This document shows positions 47,843 to 57,632 of a stretch of DNA of 64,000 nt, piece after piece. A program made the position numbers and the translations under genes. Under the pieces are notes generated by a model, which was given only the letters and a program-made list of their open reading frames with translations, did no database searches and had not been told where the DNA came from. The stretch is from Dehalococcoidia bacterium (GTDB taxonomy: Bacteria > Chloroflexota > Dehalococcoidia > SM23-28-2 > RBG-16-64-32), in NCBI GenBank assembly GCA_040877915.1, contig JBBDNA010000006.1, forward strand, positions 128,524 through 192,523. Direction: 5' to 3'. The stretch's first letter is position 1; each line of letters begins with the position of its first letter.

Positions 47843-49692
47843 GCGAATCGAAGTTCCACTTCTCCCCCCGGCCCAATCGCGCCCACGAGATCCAGTGGCG
47901 CGAGTGGGGCGGGGACGCGTTCGCGGAGGCGCAGGCGCAGGACAAGCCGATCCTGCTGGCGCTGTCCGCGGTCTGGTGCCACTGGTGCCACGTCATGGAC
48001 GAGACCTCGTACTCCGACCCCGGCGTGATCTCCTACGTCAACCAGCACTACGTCCCCGTCCGCGTCGACAACGACCAGCGCCCGGACATCAACTCCCGCT
48101 ACAACCTGGGCGGCTGGCCGACGACGGCGTTCCTGACCCCGGACGGCGAGCTGATGACCGGCGGCACCTACATCCCGCCCGAGGCGATGCTGGAGCACCT
48201 GCCCAAGATCGCAGTCGCGTATAGGAGCGACAAGGAGGAGATCCTGCGCAAGGTGGGCGAGATGCGGGAGCGCCGCGGCCAGACGGCCGCCCGTCCGGGC
48301 GCTGGCGCCACCCCCGCCCGCGGCGACCTCTCGCCGGAGATGTTCGACGCCGTCGTCAACGGGGTGGCCCAGAGCTACGACCCCGTGTTCGGCGGCTTCG
48401 GCGAGGCGCCCAAGTTCCCTCACACGGACTCGATCGACCTGCTGCTGTACGCGCACCGCCGCCGCAACGACCCCGACCTGCTGCACATGGCCCGCAAGAC
48501 GCTGGAGCTAATGGCTGCCGGCGACGTCTTCGACCAGGAGTGGGGCGGCTTCTTCCGCTACGCCACCCGCCGCGACTGGTCGGAGCCACACTACGAGAAG
48601 ATGCTGGAGGACAACGCGAACCTGCTGCGCTGCCTCCTGGCGCTGCACCGCGTCACCGGCGGCGAGGCCCACGCCGCCGCCGCCTCGCGCGTTATCGACT
48701 ACCTGGAGGCGAAGCTGCGCGACACCGATAAGGGCTACTTCTACGGCTCCCAGGACGCCGACGAGGAGTTCTACAAGCTCGCCGCCGCTGAGCGCGCGAA
48801 GCTCGAGGAGCCGTACATCGACCAGACGTGCTACACGTCCTGGAGCGCGATGGCCGCCTCCGCCTACCTCCAGGCTGCCTGGACGCTGGACCGGCCGGAG
48901 CTGCGCGACGCCGCCCTGCAGGCGCTCAACTTCGCCTGGGAGAACCTGCGCACGGAGGACGGCGGCCTACCGGTGATGCACCGCTACCACGATGGGCCCG
49001 AGGCGGACGCAGGTGGCTCCCCGCACGTCCCCGGCCTCCTGGGCGACCAGGCCTACACCGCCCGCGCCGAGCTCGACGCCTACGAGGTCACGGGCGACCC
49101 CTCGCACCTGGAACGGGCGCAGGCGCTCGCCCAAACCCTTCTCCAGCGCTTCGCCGCCGGGTCTCCGGAGCGTCCGGCCGGATTCCACGACGTCTGGGAC
49201 AGCGGCGGCGGGCTGGGCCGCCTGGCCGATCGCGAACGCTCGCCGCAGGAGAACGCCGTCTGCGCCGAGGTCTTCCTCCGCCTCCACCACCTGACCCGCG
49301 ACGAGGCGTATCACGCCGTCGCCCAATCCACGCTTGAGGCGTTCGCGCCGGCCTACCAGGCGCTGGGCAACTTCGCCGCCGCCTACGCCAAACAGGTCGA
49401 CCTGCTGCTCAACCCGCCGCCGGAGGTCAACGTCGTCGGCCCGCCCGACGATGCGGCCACCCGCGCCCTCCACCTCGCCGCCCTCCGGCTGGACGCGCCG
49501 TTCCGCGTCATCCAGCTGCTGGACCCGGCCCGGGACGCCGAGCGGCTGGCCGCGCTCTCCCTGCCCCCGGAGCCCTCGCCCGCCGCCTATGCCTGCGCCG
49601 GCACGATGTGCTCCGCCCCCGTCACCGACCCCGCCGCCCTCCAGGCCGCCGTCGACGCCATGCGCTCGGCCGGAGTCAGGACGCTCGAATAG
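47839..49692 (+). CDS. Thioredoxin-domain protein (YyaL/DUF255 family)
   Basis: WCHWCHVMDETSY, RPDI, GGWP, APKFP, HYEKMLEDNA, QDADEE. Confidence 0.9.
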   Translation: MSESKFHFSPRPNRAHEIQWREWGGDAFAEAQAQDKPILLALSAVWCHWCHVMDETSYSDPGVISYVNQHYVPVRVDNDQRPDINSRYNLGGWPTTAFLTPDGELMTGGTYIPPEAMLEHLPKIAVAYRSDKEEILRKVGEMRERRGQTAARPGAGATPARGDLSPEMFDAVVNGVAQSYDPVFGGFGEAPKFPHTDSIDLLLYAHRRRNDPDLLHMARKTLELMAAGDVFDQEWGGFFRYATRRDWSEPHYEKMLEDNANLLRCLLALHRVTGGEAHAAAASRVIDYLEAKLRDTDKGYFYGSQDADEEFYKLAAAERAKLEEPYIDQTCYTSWSAMAASAYLQAAWTLDRPELRDAALQALNFAWENLRTEDGGLPVMHRYHDGPEADAGGSPHVPGLLGDQAYTARAELDAYEVTGDPSHLERAQALAQTLLQRFAAGSPERPAGFHDVWDSGGGLGRLADRERSPQENAVCAEVFLRLHHLTRDEAYHAVAQSTLEAFAPAYQALGNFAAAYAKQVDLLLNPPPEVNVVGPPDDAATRALHLAALRLDAPFRVIQLLDPARDAERLAALSLPPEPSPAAYACAGTMCSAPVTDPAALQAAVDAMRSAGVRTLE

Positions 49693-49694
49693 CC

Positions 49695-50228
49695 ATGCCG
49701 AAGCGCGACCAGACCCCTGAGGACGAACTCCGCGACGTCATGGACGAGATGCCCTACGGCCTGTACATCATCGGCTCGAAAGCCGGCGGCGAGGTCAACG
49801 CCATGATGGCCGACTGGGTGATGCAGGTGTCGTTCGTGCCGCGCCTGGTCGCCGTCTCGTTCGAGAACGACGCCCGCACGCTGGCTAACGTCCACGAGTC
49901 CGGCGTGTTCACGGTGAACCTGCTGCCCCAGGAGGCGATGGAGTTCGCCGCGCGCTTCGCCCAGCCGGCCGAGGGCTCCAAGATTAAGGGCCGCTCACCA
50001 GAAGAGGCGGCGAAGGTCCATCACAAGCTTGAGGGCGTGGCGACGACGGATTCCGCGCGCGGCTGCCCGATCCTGGACGAGGCGATGGCCTGGCTGGAGT
50101 GCGAGGCCGAGCAGTACGTCCCCGCCGGCGACCACACGCTGGTCATCGCCCGCGTGCTCGACGGGCGCGTCACCCGCGACGCCGAGCCCCTGACCTCCAC
50201 CTACACCGGCTGGACGTACAGCGGCTAG
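49695..50228 (+). CDS. Flavin reductase-like FMN-binding protein
   Basis: PYGLYIIG, WVMQVSFVP, FTVNLL, AWLECE, GDHTL. Confidence 0.88.
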   Translation: MPKRDQTPEDELRDVMDEMPYGLYIIGSKAGGEVNAMMADWVMQVSFVPRLVAVSFENDARTLANVHESGVFTVNLLPQEAMEFAARFAQPAEGSKIKGRSPEEAAKVHHKLEGVATTDSARGCPILDEAMAWLECEAEQYVPAGDHTLVIARVLDGRVTRDAEPLTSTYTGWTYSG

Positions 50229-50258
50229 CGGCGGGCTCGGCGTGCGGGCCCAGGCAAT

Positions 50259-50654
50259 GTAGGTCGGGGTCTTCAGACCCCGACGGCATCGCCCTCCGGC
50301 GGGCTAATGTAGCGGAGGCCTTCAGGCCTCCATTTGGTGGGCCCAGCAACGGGCCCGCCCGTCATCGCGGGCGACCTGGTCGCCCCTACACCAGCCTGTT
50401 GGGGCGGAGCGGGGCCAAGCTGCGCGATTCATCGCGCAGTACAGCCGTCCGGGCGGGCGGGTCGGCCGAACCACGGCCAGCCCAACGTAGGTCGGGACCT
50501 TCAGACCCCGACGGCACCGCCGTATTCCACGACCAGCCTGTTGGGGCGGAGCGGGGCCAAGCTGTGCGATTCATCGCGCAGTCCAGCCGTCCGGGCGGGC
50601 GGGTGGGCCGAACCACGGCCAGCCCAACGTAGGTCGGGGTCTTCAGACCCCGAC
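50259..50654 (+). repeat. REP/BIME-like cluster with a 142-bp tandem duplication
   Basis: Hairpins at 50259-84, 50309-31, 50369-89 (minus), 50420-39, 50487-512, 50562-81, 50629-54; units starting 50391 and 50533 are near-identical. Confidence 0.9.
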
Positions 50655-50691
50655 GCGACCCTGAGCCCTCACTCCAACCCGCCGAAAGACT

Positions 50692-51207
50692 CTACGGCCA
50701 CTCCTCCTCCTCGACCGGGAACACCTCGCTGAGGCGCCCCTTGAGCTGACGCACCTGCCACAGGTGCTCCAGGTCGTGCTGGGCCAGCTCCCGCGCCACC
50801 TCGCCCAGCGTCACCGGGCCCCGGAACGGGTGCTCCGCCTCGCGCGCCCAGTCGGCCTCCGTCACCCCCCACAACAGCAGCGTCGTCTCCCGCCGCGCCG
50901 AGCGGAACGACTCCAGGAACGCCTCGATCTCTTCGCCCTGGTAGTCGCGCTCCTCCGGCAGCACGTCCACGTCCCAGGCCGGCAGCTTCGACCGTGGCCG
51001 GCCGGAGACGAACGCCTGCACCTGCGCCAGCGCCAGCTCCTCGGCGTCCCGCAGGTGGGCCGCGATCTCCTTCAACGACCACTCGCCCTCGGCCGGGCGC
51101 CAGCAGAGGCGCTCCTCGTCCAGGCCGTACAGCTCGCTCAGCAGCGAGCCTCCGGCCTCACGCAGCGCCTTCAGCGTCCATCCCTGAGGATCGCCATATT
51201 CCAGCAC
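50692..51207 (-). CDS. DinB family protein
   Basis: WSLKEIAAHL.DAE, HDLEHLWQ metal-binding His pattern; TAAAAT 6 nt before GTG. Confidence 0.85.
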   Translation of the reverse strand: MLEYGDPQGWTLKALREAGGSLLSELYGLDEERLCWRPAEGEWSLKEIAAHLRDAEELALAQVQAFVSGRPRSKLPAWDVDVLPEERDYQGEEIEAFLESFRSARRETTLLLWGVTEADWAREAEHPFRGPVTLGEVARELAQHDLEHLWQVRQLKGRLSEVFPVEEEEWP

Positions 51208-51296
51208 GCGACCATTTTAACGCCTGCCTGCCGGCGGGCGGGCCCCGCGACGCCTTTGACCGACCTCCGCGTTGACCCTATCATTATCGACGCGCC

Positions 51297-52121
51297 ATGA
51301 GTGCCGAGGCCCTCCCCCTGACACTGCTCATCCTGTTCGTCGAGTTCACCGTCGGCGGGCTGTGGCTGCTCTGGCTGGCCGACCTACGGGGCGCTGCCGC
51401 CGCCTCGTTCGTCAAGTTCGGCGCCGGCCTCGTCTTCGTCACCGCCGGGCTGACCTTCTGGATCGCCGCCACGGTCTCCGTCGGCGGCGAGGTCGACGGC
51501 TACCCCCTGGACCCCGGCTTCATGCCGCCGGCGCGCATCGCCCTGGCCTGCCTGTTCGGGCTGTGTCTGCCCTACGCCATCCTGAGCTACCGCGAGATGC
51601 GGACGCCGTCGCTGGTCGCCGGTGGGATCGCCACCGCCGCCGGGCTGGCGTCGGTCGCCCTGCTGGCCCAGGTGTTCGCCCTGCCGACGTGGGGGTACGC
51701 GGGCGCGCTGCTGAGCCTCGTGATCGGCGCGCTGGTCGTTGGGGCCGTCTCCATGGGCATGATCCTCGGCCACTGGTACCTGGTGACCCCCCGCCTGCCG
51801 GAGCAGCCACTGCGCGAGATGACGTTCTTCCTCCTGGTCGCCCTGGCCTTCCAGGCGCTGATCATCGTCCCCGCCCTGGTCCTGCCCCGCGACGCCATCA
51901 CGACATCGGTCGATACACCCATCGCCGAGAACCCGTTCTTCTGGCTGCGGGTGGCAGGTGGCGTCGCCTTCCCCTTCGCGCTGACCTATATGGCGTTCGA
52001 TTCCAGCGGCGTGCGGGCCATGCAGTCCGCCACCGGCCTGCTGTACATCGCGATGGCGCTGGTCCTGGCCGGCGAGGTGCTCGCCAAGGGACTGCTGTTC
52101 GCGTCGGCGGTGCCCACCTGA
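51297..52121 (+). CDS. Polytopic membrane protein with a GHWYL motif
   Basis: About eight hydrophobic helices, MILGHWYLV, ATGLLY. Confidence 0.7.
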   Translation: MSAEALPLTLLILFVEFTVGGLWLLWLADLRGAAAASFVKFGAGLVFVTAGLTFWIAATVSVGGEVDGYPLDPGFMPPARIALACLFGLCLPYAILSYREMRTPSLVAGGIATAAGLASVALLAQVFALPTWGYAGALLSLVIGALVVGAVSMGMILGHWYLVTPRLPEQPLREMTFFLLVALAFQALIIVPALVLPRDAITTSVDTPIAENPFFWLRVAGGVAFPFALTYMAFDSSGVRAMQSATGLLYIAMALVLAGEVLAKGLLFASAVPT

Positions 52122-52146
52122 TACGATTGGCCGTGGAGGGTTCGAT

Positions 52147-52566
52147 ATGCCCCGCACCCTGCTAGCCGCGCTGCTGCTCGCCGCTTTCGCCCTCGCCGCC
52201 CTGGCCTGCGAGGACTCCGGCGACTTCCTGCTGGAAGAAGAGCCCGAGGCCACCGGCACGCCCGCCTTCCTCGAGCGCTCCCCCGAACCCTCGCCCGAGC
52301 CAACGGGGGAGGCCAGCCCCACCGCTCCCGACGCCACGCCGGTCGCCGCGTTTAAGGTCACCACCGACGAGAACGTCAACCAGCGTGACGGCCCCTCGAC
52401 CAGCGAGGCCGTCGCCGGCACCCTCTCGGCCGGCGATGAGGCCACGGTCATCGCCACGATCCGCGGCGAGGCCGTTGAGGGCGCGAACGACGTCTGGTAC
52501 CAGCTGGAGGACGGCGGCTTCGTCTACTCCGGCGCGGTAGACGAAGTTGACGAGGCGGAGGAATGA
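52147..52566 (+). CDS. Lipoprotein with C-terminal SH3b-like domain
   Basis: Lipobox ALAC; VNQRDGPST...G...WYQL..GGFVYSG. Confidence 0.72.
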   Translation: MPRTLLAALLLAAFALAALACEDSGDFLLEEEPEATGTPAFLERSPEPSPEPTGEASPTAPDATPVAAFKVTTDENVNQRDGPSTSEAVAGTLSAGDEATVIATIRGEAVEGANDVWYQLEDGGFVYSGAVDEVDEAEE

Positions 52567-53138
52567 GCGAGAGCTACGACCGCCAGGCGGCCTGGGACCT
52601 GCTCTGCGAGTTCACCAAGACGGAGCCCCTGCGCAAGCACGGCCTCGCTGTCGAGGCGGCCATGCGCGCGTACTCTCGGCGCTACGACGGCGAGGAGGAG
52701 AAGTGGGGCATCGTCGGCCTGCTGCACGACTTCGACTACGAGATGTTCCCGAACGCCGAGGAGCACCCGGTCAAGGGCGCCGCTATCATGCGGGAACGGG
52801 GCTGGCCGGAGGACATCATCTACGCGATCCAGTGCCACGCCGATTACCTGGGGCTGGAGCGCAAGACGCCGATGGACCGCGCCATCTTCGCCGTGGACGA
52901 GCTGACCGGCCTGGTCATCGCCGTGGCCCTGGTTCGCCCCAACAAGAGCCTGGACGAAGTGGACGTCCGGGCCGTCCGCAAGAAGATGAAGGACAAGGGG
53001 TTCGCCCGCAACGTGATCCGCGAGGACATCACCAAGGGAGCGGAGCAGCTCGGGGTCGAACTCGACGAGCACATCGCCTTCGTAATAGAATCGCTGAAGC
53101 CCGTCGCCACCGAGCTCGGCATCGTCGGCGCCCGCTGA
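52563..53138 (+). CDS. HD-superfamily phosphohydrolase
   Basis: LRKHGLAV, GLLHDFDYE, AIQCHA, AVDELTG. Confidence 0.88.
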   Translation: MSESYDRQAAWDLLCEFTKTEPLRKHGLAVEAAMRAYSRRYDGEEEKWGIVGLLHDFDYEMFPNAEEHPVKGAAIMRERGWPEDIIYAIQCHADYLGLERKTPMDRAIFAVDELTGLVIAVALVRPNKSLDEVDVRAVRKKMKDKGFARNVIREDITKGAEQLGVELDEHIAFVIESLKPVATELGIVGAR

Positions 53139-53163
53139 TGCCGCTGGCATTCCGCGGACCATC

Positions 53164-53249
53164 GTAGGGGCCGACCTTCAGGTCGGCCCTGGGCGGGGCG
53201 GGGCCCGGCTGGGCCCTTAGCCCCCGTAGCCGCAGGTTTTCAGACCTGC
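53164..53249 (+). repeat. Two GTAG-tagged TTCA-loop hairpins
   Basis: GTAG-GGGCCGACC-TTCA-GGTCGGCCC (53164-89) and GTAG-CC-GCAGGTT-TTCA-GACCTGC (53226-49). Confidence 0.85.
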
Positions 53250-53267
53250 CTCAGAAGGAGCGCCCCA

Positions 53268-53729
53268 ATGAGCGACGAGACACGCACCCTCAAGCTGGGA
53301 GACCCGGCGCCGGACTTCACCCTGCGCGGCACCGGCAACAACACCTTCACCCTCAGCGAGCAGCGAGGGAAGAACGTGATGATCGCCTTCTTCCCCGCCG
53401 CCTTCTCCGGCGTCTGCTCGCAGCAGATGCCCAAGATCCAGGAGGCCAAGGCCGCGTTCGGTGACGACACTGTGCCAGTGGCCATCAGCGTGGACAACAA
53501 CTGGTCGCAGCAGGCCTGGGCCCAGCAGATGGGCATCGACTTCATGCTGCTTAGCGACTTCTGGCCCCATGGCGCCGTCGCCGAGAAGTTCGGCGTTCTC
53601 CACCAGGCCGGCGTCGCCGAGCGCGCCCTCATCGGCATCGACAAAGAGGGCATCGTCCGCCACATAGACGTCGGCCCGTTCACGGAGATCCCGGACACGG
53701 AGGCCTGCCTGGTCACGCTCAAGGGGTAG
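53268..53729 (+). CDS. Peroxiredoxin (AhpE-like redoxin)
   Basis: GDPAPDFTL, FFPAAFSGVC, LLSDFWPHG, AERA. Confidence 0.88.
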   Translation: MSDETRTLKLGDPAPDFTLRGTGNNTFTLSEQRGKNVMIAFFPAAFSGVCSQQMPKIQEAKAAFGDDTVPVAISVDNNWSQQAWAQQMGIDFMLLSDFWPHGAVAEKFGVLHQAGVAERALIGIDKEGIVRHIDVGPFTEIPDTEACLVTLKG

Positions 53730-53764
53730 CCGCGCCGTGACTCCTGTATCGCCGCGTTCTCTCT

Positions 53765-54016
53765 GAAGGCCAGACTCTCAGTCTGGCCGGCAATCGCCCC
53801 GGCCAGGCTCAGGCCTGCAACTGCCCCGGCCAGGCGCAGGCCTGCAACATCCCGCCTGAGGTCCCCACAGCCCCAACCGAAGGAGGCCGCCCTCACGGAC
53901 GGCCTCTCAAGCTTCTGGCAGGATACGGTGGAACCTGGCCGTTCATCCTTCGACAGGCTCAGGACGAACGGTTCTGGTCCTCAGCCTCTAACCACTGTCC
54001 ACTGTCCACTAACCCC
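53765..54016. repeat. Repeat cluster between convergent peroxiredoxin and htpX
   Basis: GGCCAGAC-TCTCA-GTCTGGCC (53768-88); 27-bp tandem pair (53796, 53823); CTTCGACAGGCTCAG unit (53939-71); heptamers TAACCAC/TGTCCAC (53989-54016). Confidence 0.8.
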
Positions 54017-54924
54017 TACGCGTACACGCCCATCTTGCGCGCGATCTCGTTCAGCCGCTCCACCCGCTTCTTGATCGGCGGGTGGGTGCTGAACGTGTCG
54101 GAGCCGAAGAACCCCATGATCATGTCACCGCCCTCGCCCTCACGTCGCGTCGACTTCAGCGGGTTGACGATGAACAGGTGCGATACAGCGGGGTTCACGT
54201 TCATCGGCCGCGCCTGGGAGTACGTCTCCAGCTTCTCGAGGGCGCTGGCCAGAGCCAGCGGCGAGTGCGTAATCTGGGCGCCCGTCTCGTCGGCGCCGTA
54301 CTCCCGCTGCCGCGAGACGGCGAACCGGATGAGAGTCGCCGCTATAGGGGCCAGGATGAGCATCGCCAGCAGGGCCACGATCTGGAGGATGCCGCCGGCG
54401 CCATCGCGCGAGCGTCCGAAGCCGAAGAACAGCGACCAGCGACCGATAAACGCGACGAACATGATCGCGCTGGCCACCGTGGCCACTACCGCGCTCACCA
54501 GGATGTCCTTGTTGCGGATGTGGCCCAGCTCGTGGCCCAGCACCGCCGTCAGCTCGCGGTCGTCCAGGATGCGCATGATGCCGGTGGTGGCGGCCACGGC
54601 GGAGTGCTTGGCGTTGCGGCCGGTGGCGAAGGCGTTGGGGGCGTCGTTCTGGATTATGTAGACCTTCGGCTTCGGCATCCCCGCCATCGCCGACACCTCG
54701 TCGACGATCCGGTGCAGGTGCGGCTCCTGGTCCTGCGTCACCTCGCTCGCGCCCGACATCTTCAACGCCAGCTTGTCCGAGAACCAGTACGAGAAGAAGT
54801 TCATGCCCAGCGCGAACACGAAGGCAGCGACGACTCCCCATGGCCACCCAACCACTAAGTACCCGATAAGCATGAAAATCCCCGACAGCAGGGTCAGCAG
54901 GAATACCGTCTTGAGTGCGTTCAT
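54016..54924 (-). CDS. htpX: Zinc metalloprotease HtpX (second paralog)
   Basis: PNAFATGR, HELGH, SRQREYGAD, FSTHPP. Confidence 0.92.
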   Translation of the reverse strand: MNALKTVFLLTLLSGIFMLIGYLVVGWPWGVVAAFVFALGMNFFSYWFSDKLALKMSGASEVTQDQEPHLHRIVDEVSAMAGMPKPKVYIIQNDAPNAFATGRNAKHSAVAATTGIMRILDDRELTAVLGHELGHIRNKDILVSAVVATVASAIMFVAFIGRWSLFFGFGRSRDGAGGILQIVALLAMLILAPIAATLIRFAVSRQREYGADETGAQITHSPLALASALEKLETYSQARPMNVNPAVSHLFIVNPLKSTRREGEGGDMIMGFFGSDTFSTHPPIKKRVERLNEIARKMGVYA

Positions 54925-54993
54925 CTACCCTTTCACCTCAGAGCGCAGGACTAAAGCGCTCCACTAATAGCTTACCGCGCCTGATTTCCCCCC

Positions 54994-55809
54994 TCAAGCG
55001 CCGTTTCCGCGGATAATCCCCGACACGTGTCGCAGGCTTCCCGCGATTCGGGGGCCGTACCAGCACAAATGCTTCCCTTCCACCAGATAGATACGTCCGT
55101 CCCGCACGGCGCGGACGTCCCGGAAGGCCGTGATCTCCGGCAGGTGCTTCTCGCTGAAGGGGTAGGGTTCGTCGGGCAGCAGCACCACCTCGGGATCACG
55201 TTCGGCCATCTCGGTCAGCTCGATGCGAGGGTAGCGGTCCTGGCGCCACTCGAACACGTTGGCGCCCCCGCACGCGGTGACGAAGTCGTGTACGTAGCTG
55301 CCGGGCCCGACGGTCATCCAGGGGCTTCGCCAGATCGGGCAGAAGGTGCGAACCGGCTCCGCCTCCTGGTTCGCCACGGCCATCTCGGCCAGCGCCGACC
55401 TCGCCTCCTTGACGATGCGGCCGGCCTCCCGACCGGCGCGGGTCATCTCGGCCAGCTGCTCCAGCATGTCGATAGCCTGGGCCACGGTCCTGGGCAGGGT
55501 CACGAACACGGACAGCCCTTCGTTTATCAGGGCCTGGATGTCTTCCTTGCGGTTCTCCTCGGCGCTGGCCACCACAAGATCGGGCTTCAGTTCCAGCACT
55601 CGAGGCACGTTCAGCGCCTTTGTGCCGCCCACCTTGGGCTTGGAGGCCACCGCCTCCTTGGGCTCCACGCAGAAGCTGGTCACGCCGGCCACCGCATCGT
55701 CCAGGCCGAATACGAACAGCGCTTCCGTGAGGCTGGGGACGAGCGATACGATCCGTTTGGGCTTCGACTTCACTTCCAGGGGCCGCTCCAGCGCATCCAC
55801 GTACCGCAT
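54994..55809 (-). CDS. Helical-backbone metal/cobalamin-binding protein (BtuF-like)
   Basis: PKRIVSLVPSLTE, VGGTK, PDLV..SAEEN, EPYPF, WYGPR; TATAGT 7 nt before ATG. Confidence 0.82.
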   Translation of the reverse strand: MRYVDALERPLEVKSKPKRIVSLVPSLTEALFVFGLDDAVAGVTSFCVEPKEAVASKPKVGGTKALNVPRVLELKPDLVVASAEENRKEDIQALINEGLSVFVTLPRTVAQAIDMLEQLAEMTRAGREAGRIVKEARSALAEMAVANQEAEPVRTFCPIWRSPWMTVGPGSYVHDFVTACGGANVFEWRQDRYPRIELTEMAERDPEVVLLPDEPYPFSEKHLPEITAFRDVRAVRDGRIYLVEGKHLCWYGPRIAGSLRHVSGIIRGNGA

Positions 55810-55828
55810 CCAACCCACTATAGCACGC

Positions 55829-56917
55829 CTAGCCCAGAGTCACCTCCGCGCTCATGCGGGCGTCCCCCCGGAAGAACTCCACGGTCACCGTGTCACCGGC
55901 CCGGTTCTCCGTGAGCGCCTGGAACAGCTCGCCGGAGTTGGTGATCTCCTCGCCCGCCATCGCCACGATGATGTCTCCTTCCTGGAGGCCAGCATCGTCG
56001 GCCGGGGCGCCCGGCTGCACGGCCTGCAGGCCCACCCCCTGCTCCACCGCCAGGCCGAACTGCGCCGCCAGCGAGGGCGTGATCTCCGTTATCGTGACCC
56101 CCAGCAGCCCGCGATCAACCTGTCCGTTTTCGATTAGCTCGTCGATGATCGGCTTGGCCGTGTCTATGGCGATGACCAGGCCGATCCCCTCGGCCTCGCC
56201 GCGGATCACCGCCGTCGTTATGCCCACAACCTCACCCTGAGCGTTCAACAGCGGCCCGCCCGAGTTCCCGGGGTTGATCGAGGCGTCGGTCTGGATGGCG
56301 TCCGGTATCGTTATCGATTCCGACTGGATGAGCCGGTCCTTGGCGCTGACCACGCCCCGCGTCACCGTCGGCCCGCCGGGGAGGTCCAGCGCGTTGCCGA
56401 TGGCCAGCACATCTTCGCCGACGACCAGCGCTTCGGAGCTGCCCAGCCGCGCCGGGGTCAGGTCGCTCGCTTCGATCTTGAGCACCGCCAGGTCAGTGGG
56501 AGGGTCGCGACCGGCGATCTCGGCGTCGAACTGGCGTCCGTCGTCCAGCGTCACCGTAATGTCCTGGGCCGGCTCGTCACCGTCGATCGTGACCACGTGG
56601 TTATTCGTGACGATGTGCCCTTCTTCGTCGATGATGAAGCCGGTGCCGACGCCGCGCTGCGGCGTTATCTGCCCGAACACGTCCAGCGTCGCCGCCTCTG
56701 ATACGATATGGACGACGGAGGGCTTGAGCGTCTCCACCAGGTCCGGCGCGTCTAGCTCGCCGCCGGCGGCGGAGTCCGGCGGCGGCGTCGCCTCGGACGT
56801 AGGGTCACCATCGGACGGCGTTGGGCTGGAGCCCGATCCACCGCTGTTGCAACCGAAAAACACCAGAGCGAGCGCCGCCGCGAGGGCCAGCGCCATGAGA
56901 GTAAGCGAGCGTACCAC
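55829..56917 (-). CDS. HtrA/DegP-family serine protease with PDZ domain, lipoprotein
   Basis: Lipobox FFGC, GTGF, TNNHV, DLAVLK, QTDASINPGNSGGPL, C-terminal PDZ; GTG start after GAAGGAGG. Confidence 0.92.
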   Translation of the reverse strand: MVRSLTLMALALAAALALVFFGCNSGGSGSSPTPSDGDPTSEATPPPDSAAGGELDAPDLVETLKPSVVHIVSEAATLDVFGQITPQRGVGTGFIIDEEGHIVTNNHVVTIDGDEPAQDITVTLDDGRQFDAEIAGRDPPTDLAVLKIEASDLTPARLGSSEALVVGEDVLAIGNALDLPGGPTVTRGVVSAKDRLIQSESITIPDAIQTDASINPGNSGGPLLNAQGEVVGITTAVIRGEAEGIGLVIAIDTAKPIIDELIENGQVDRGLLGVTITEITPSLAAQFGLAVEQGVGLQAVQPGAPADDAGLQEGDIIVAMAGEEITNSGELFQALTENRAGDTVTVEFFRGDARMSAEVTLG

Positions 56918-56953
56918 CTGTTCCTCCTTCCCCCCAAGTGTATGAACGCTGGA

Positions 56954-56981
56954 TTGACCGCGCAGGTTTGGGCGGTAGAAT
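56954..56981 (+). promoter_or_regulatory. Putative promoter for the ECF sigma operon
   Basis: TTGACC-N16-TAGAAT. Confidence 0.5.
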
Positions 56982-57026
56982 AGGTTTCGCACTTTATCAC
57001 CTGGTTGCGAATCTGGCTCCACTCCC

Positions 57027-57632
57027 GTGAACGTATCAGTCAATGACAGCGGCTACGAACGGCTAAGCGATGAAGAGCTTATGCAACGGCTCTTCTATCG
57101 TGACAGCGGTGCGTTCGAGGCGCTGTTCGATAGGTACGGTGATCTTGTGTATTCGACGGCCCTACGCGTGCTCCACGACCCCCAGCTAGCCGAGGACGTC
57201 TCCCAGGAGATCTTCGTGCGCATCTGGAAGGCGCCCCAGCGCTACGTCGCCGACCGTGGCCGCTTCCTCACCTGGCTGATCTCGGTTACCCGCAACCGCT
57301 CCGTGGACGAGCTGCGCTCCCGCGGCCGCCGCCGCCGCTACGAGACCGCCTCCCCCGAGGAGCAGGAGTTCGAGCCGCCCGCCGGCGATTCGGCCAACCC
57401 CGCGCTCTCCGCCCAGCTCGCGGAGCAGGCTGGCATCGTCCGCGCCGCCCTGGCCGAGCTGCCGCCGGAGCAGCGGGAGGTCATAGAGCTGGCCTACTTC
57501 GGCGGGCTCACCCAGCAGGAGATATCGGAGCGCCTGGCCCAGCCCCTGGGCACGGTAAAGACGCGCATACGGCTGGGCATGCAGAAGCTGCGGGCGGCCC
57601 TGGCGCCGCGCATGTGGTCGGAGCCGATCTGA
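57027..57632 (+). CDS. ECF sigma factor (SigK-like)
   Basis: AEDVSQEIF..IW, FLTWL..VTRNR.VD, LPPEQREVIELAYFGGLTQQEI, LGTVKTRIRLG. Confidence 0.92.
   Translation: MNVSVNDSGYERLSDEELMQRLFYRDSGAFEALFDRYGDLVYSTALRVLHDPQLAEDVSQEIFVRIWKAPQRYVADRGRFLTWLISVTRNRSVDELRSRGRRRRYETASPEEQEFEPPAGDSANPALSAQLAEQAGIVRAALAELPPEQREVIELAYFGGLTQQEISERLAQPLGTVKTRIRLGMQKLRAALAPRMWSEPI

Noticed and set aside
50259-50654. CRISPR array
   Set aside because: Recurring hairpins are irregularly spaced, the sequences between them are duplicated rather than unique spacers, and there are no cas genes in the window.
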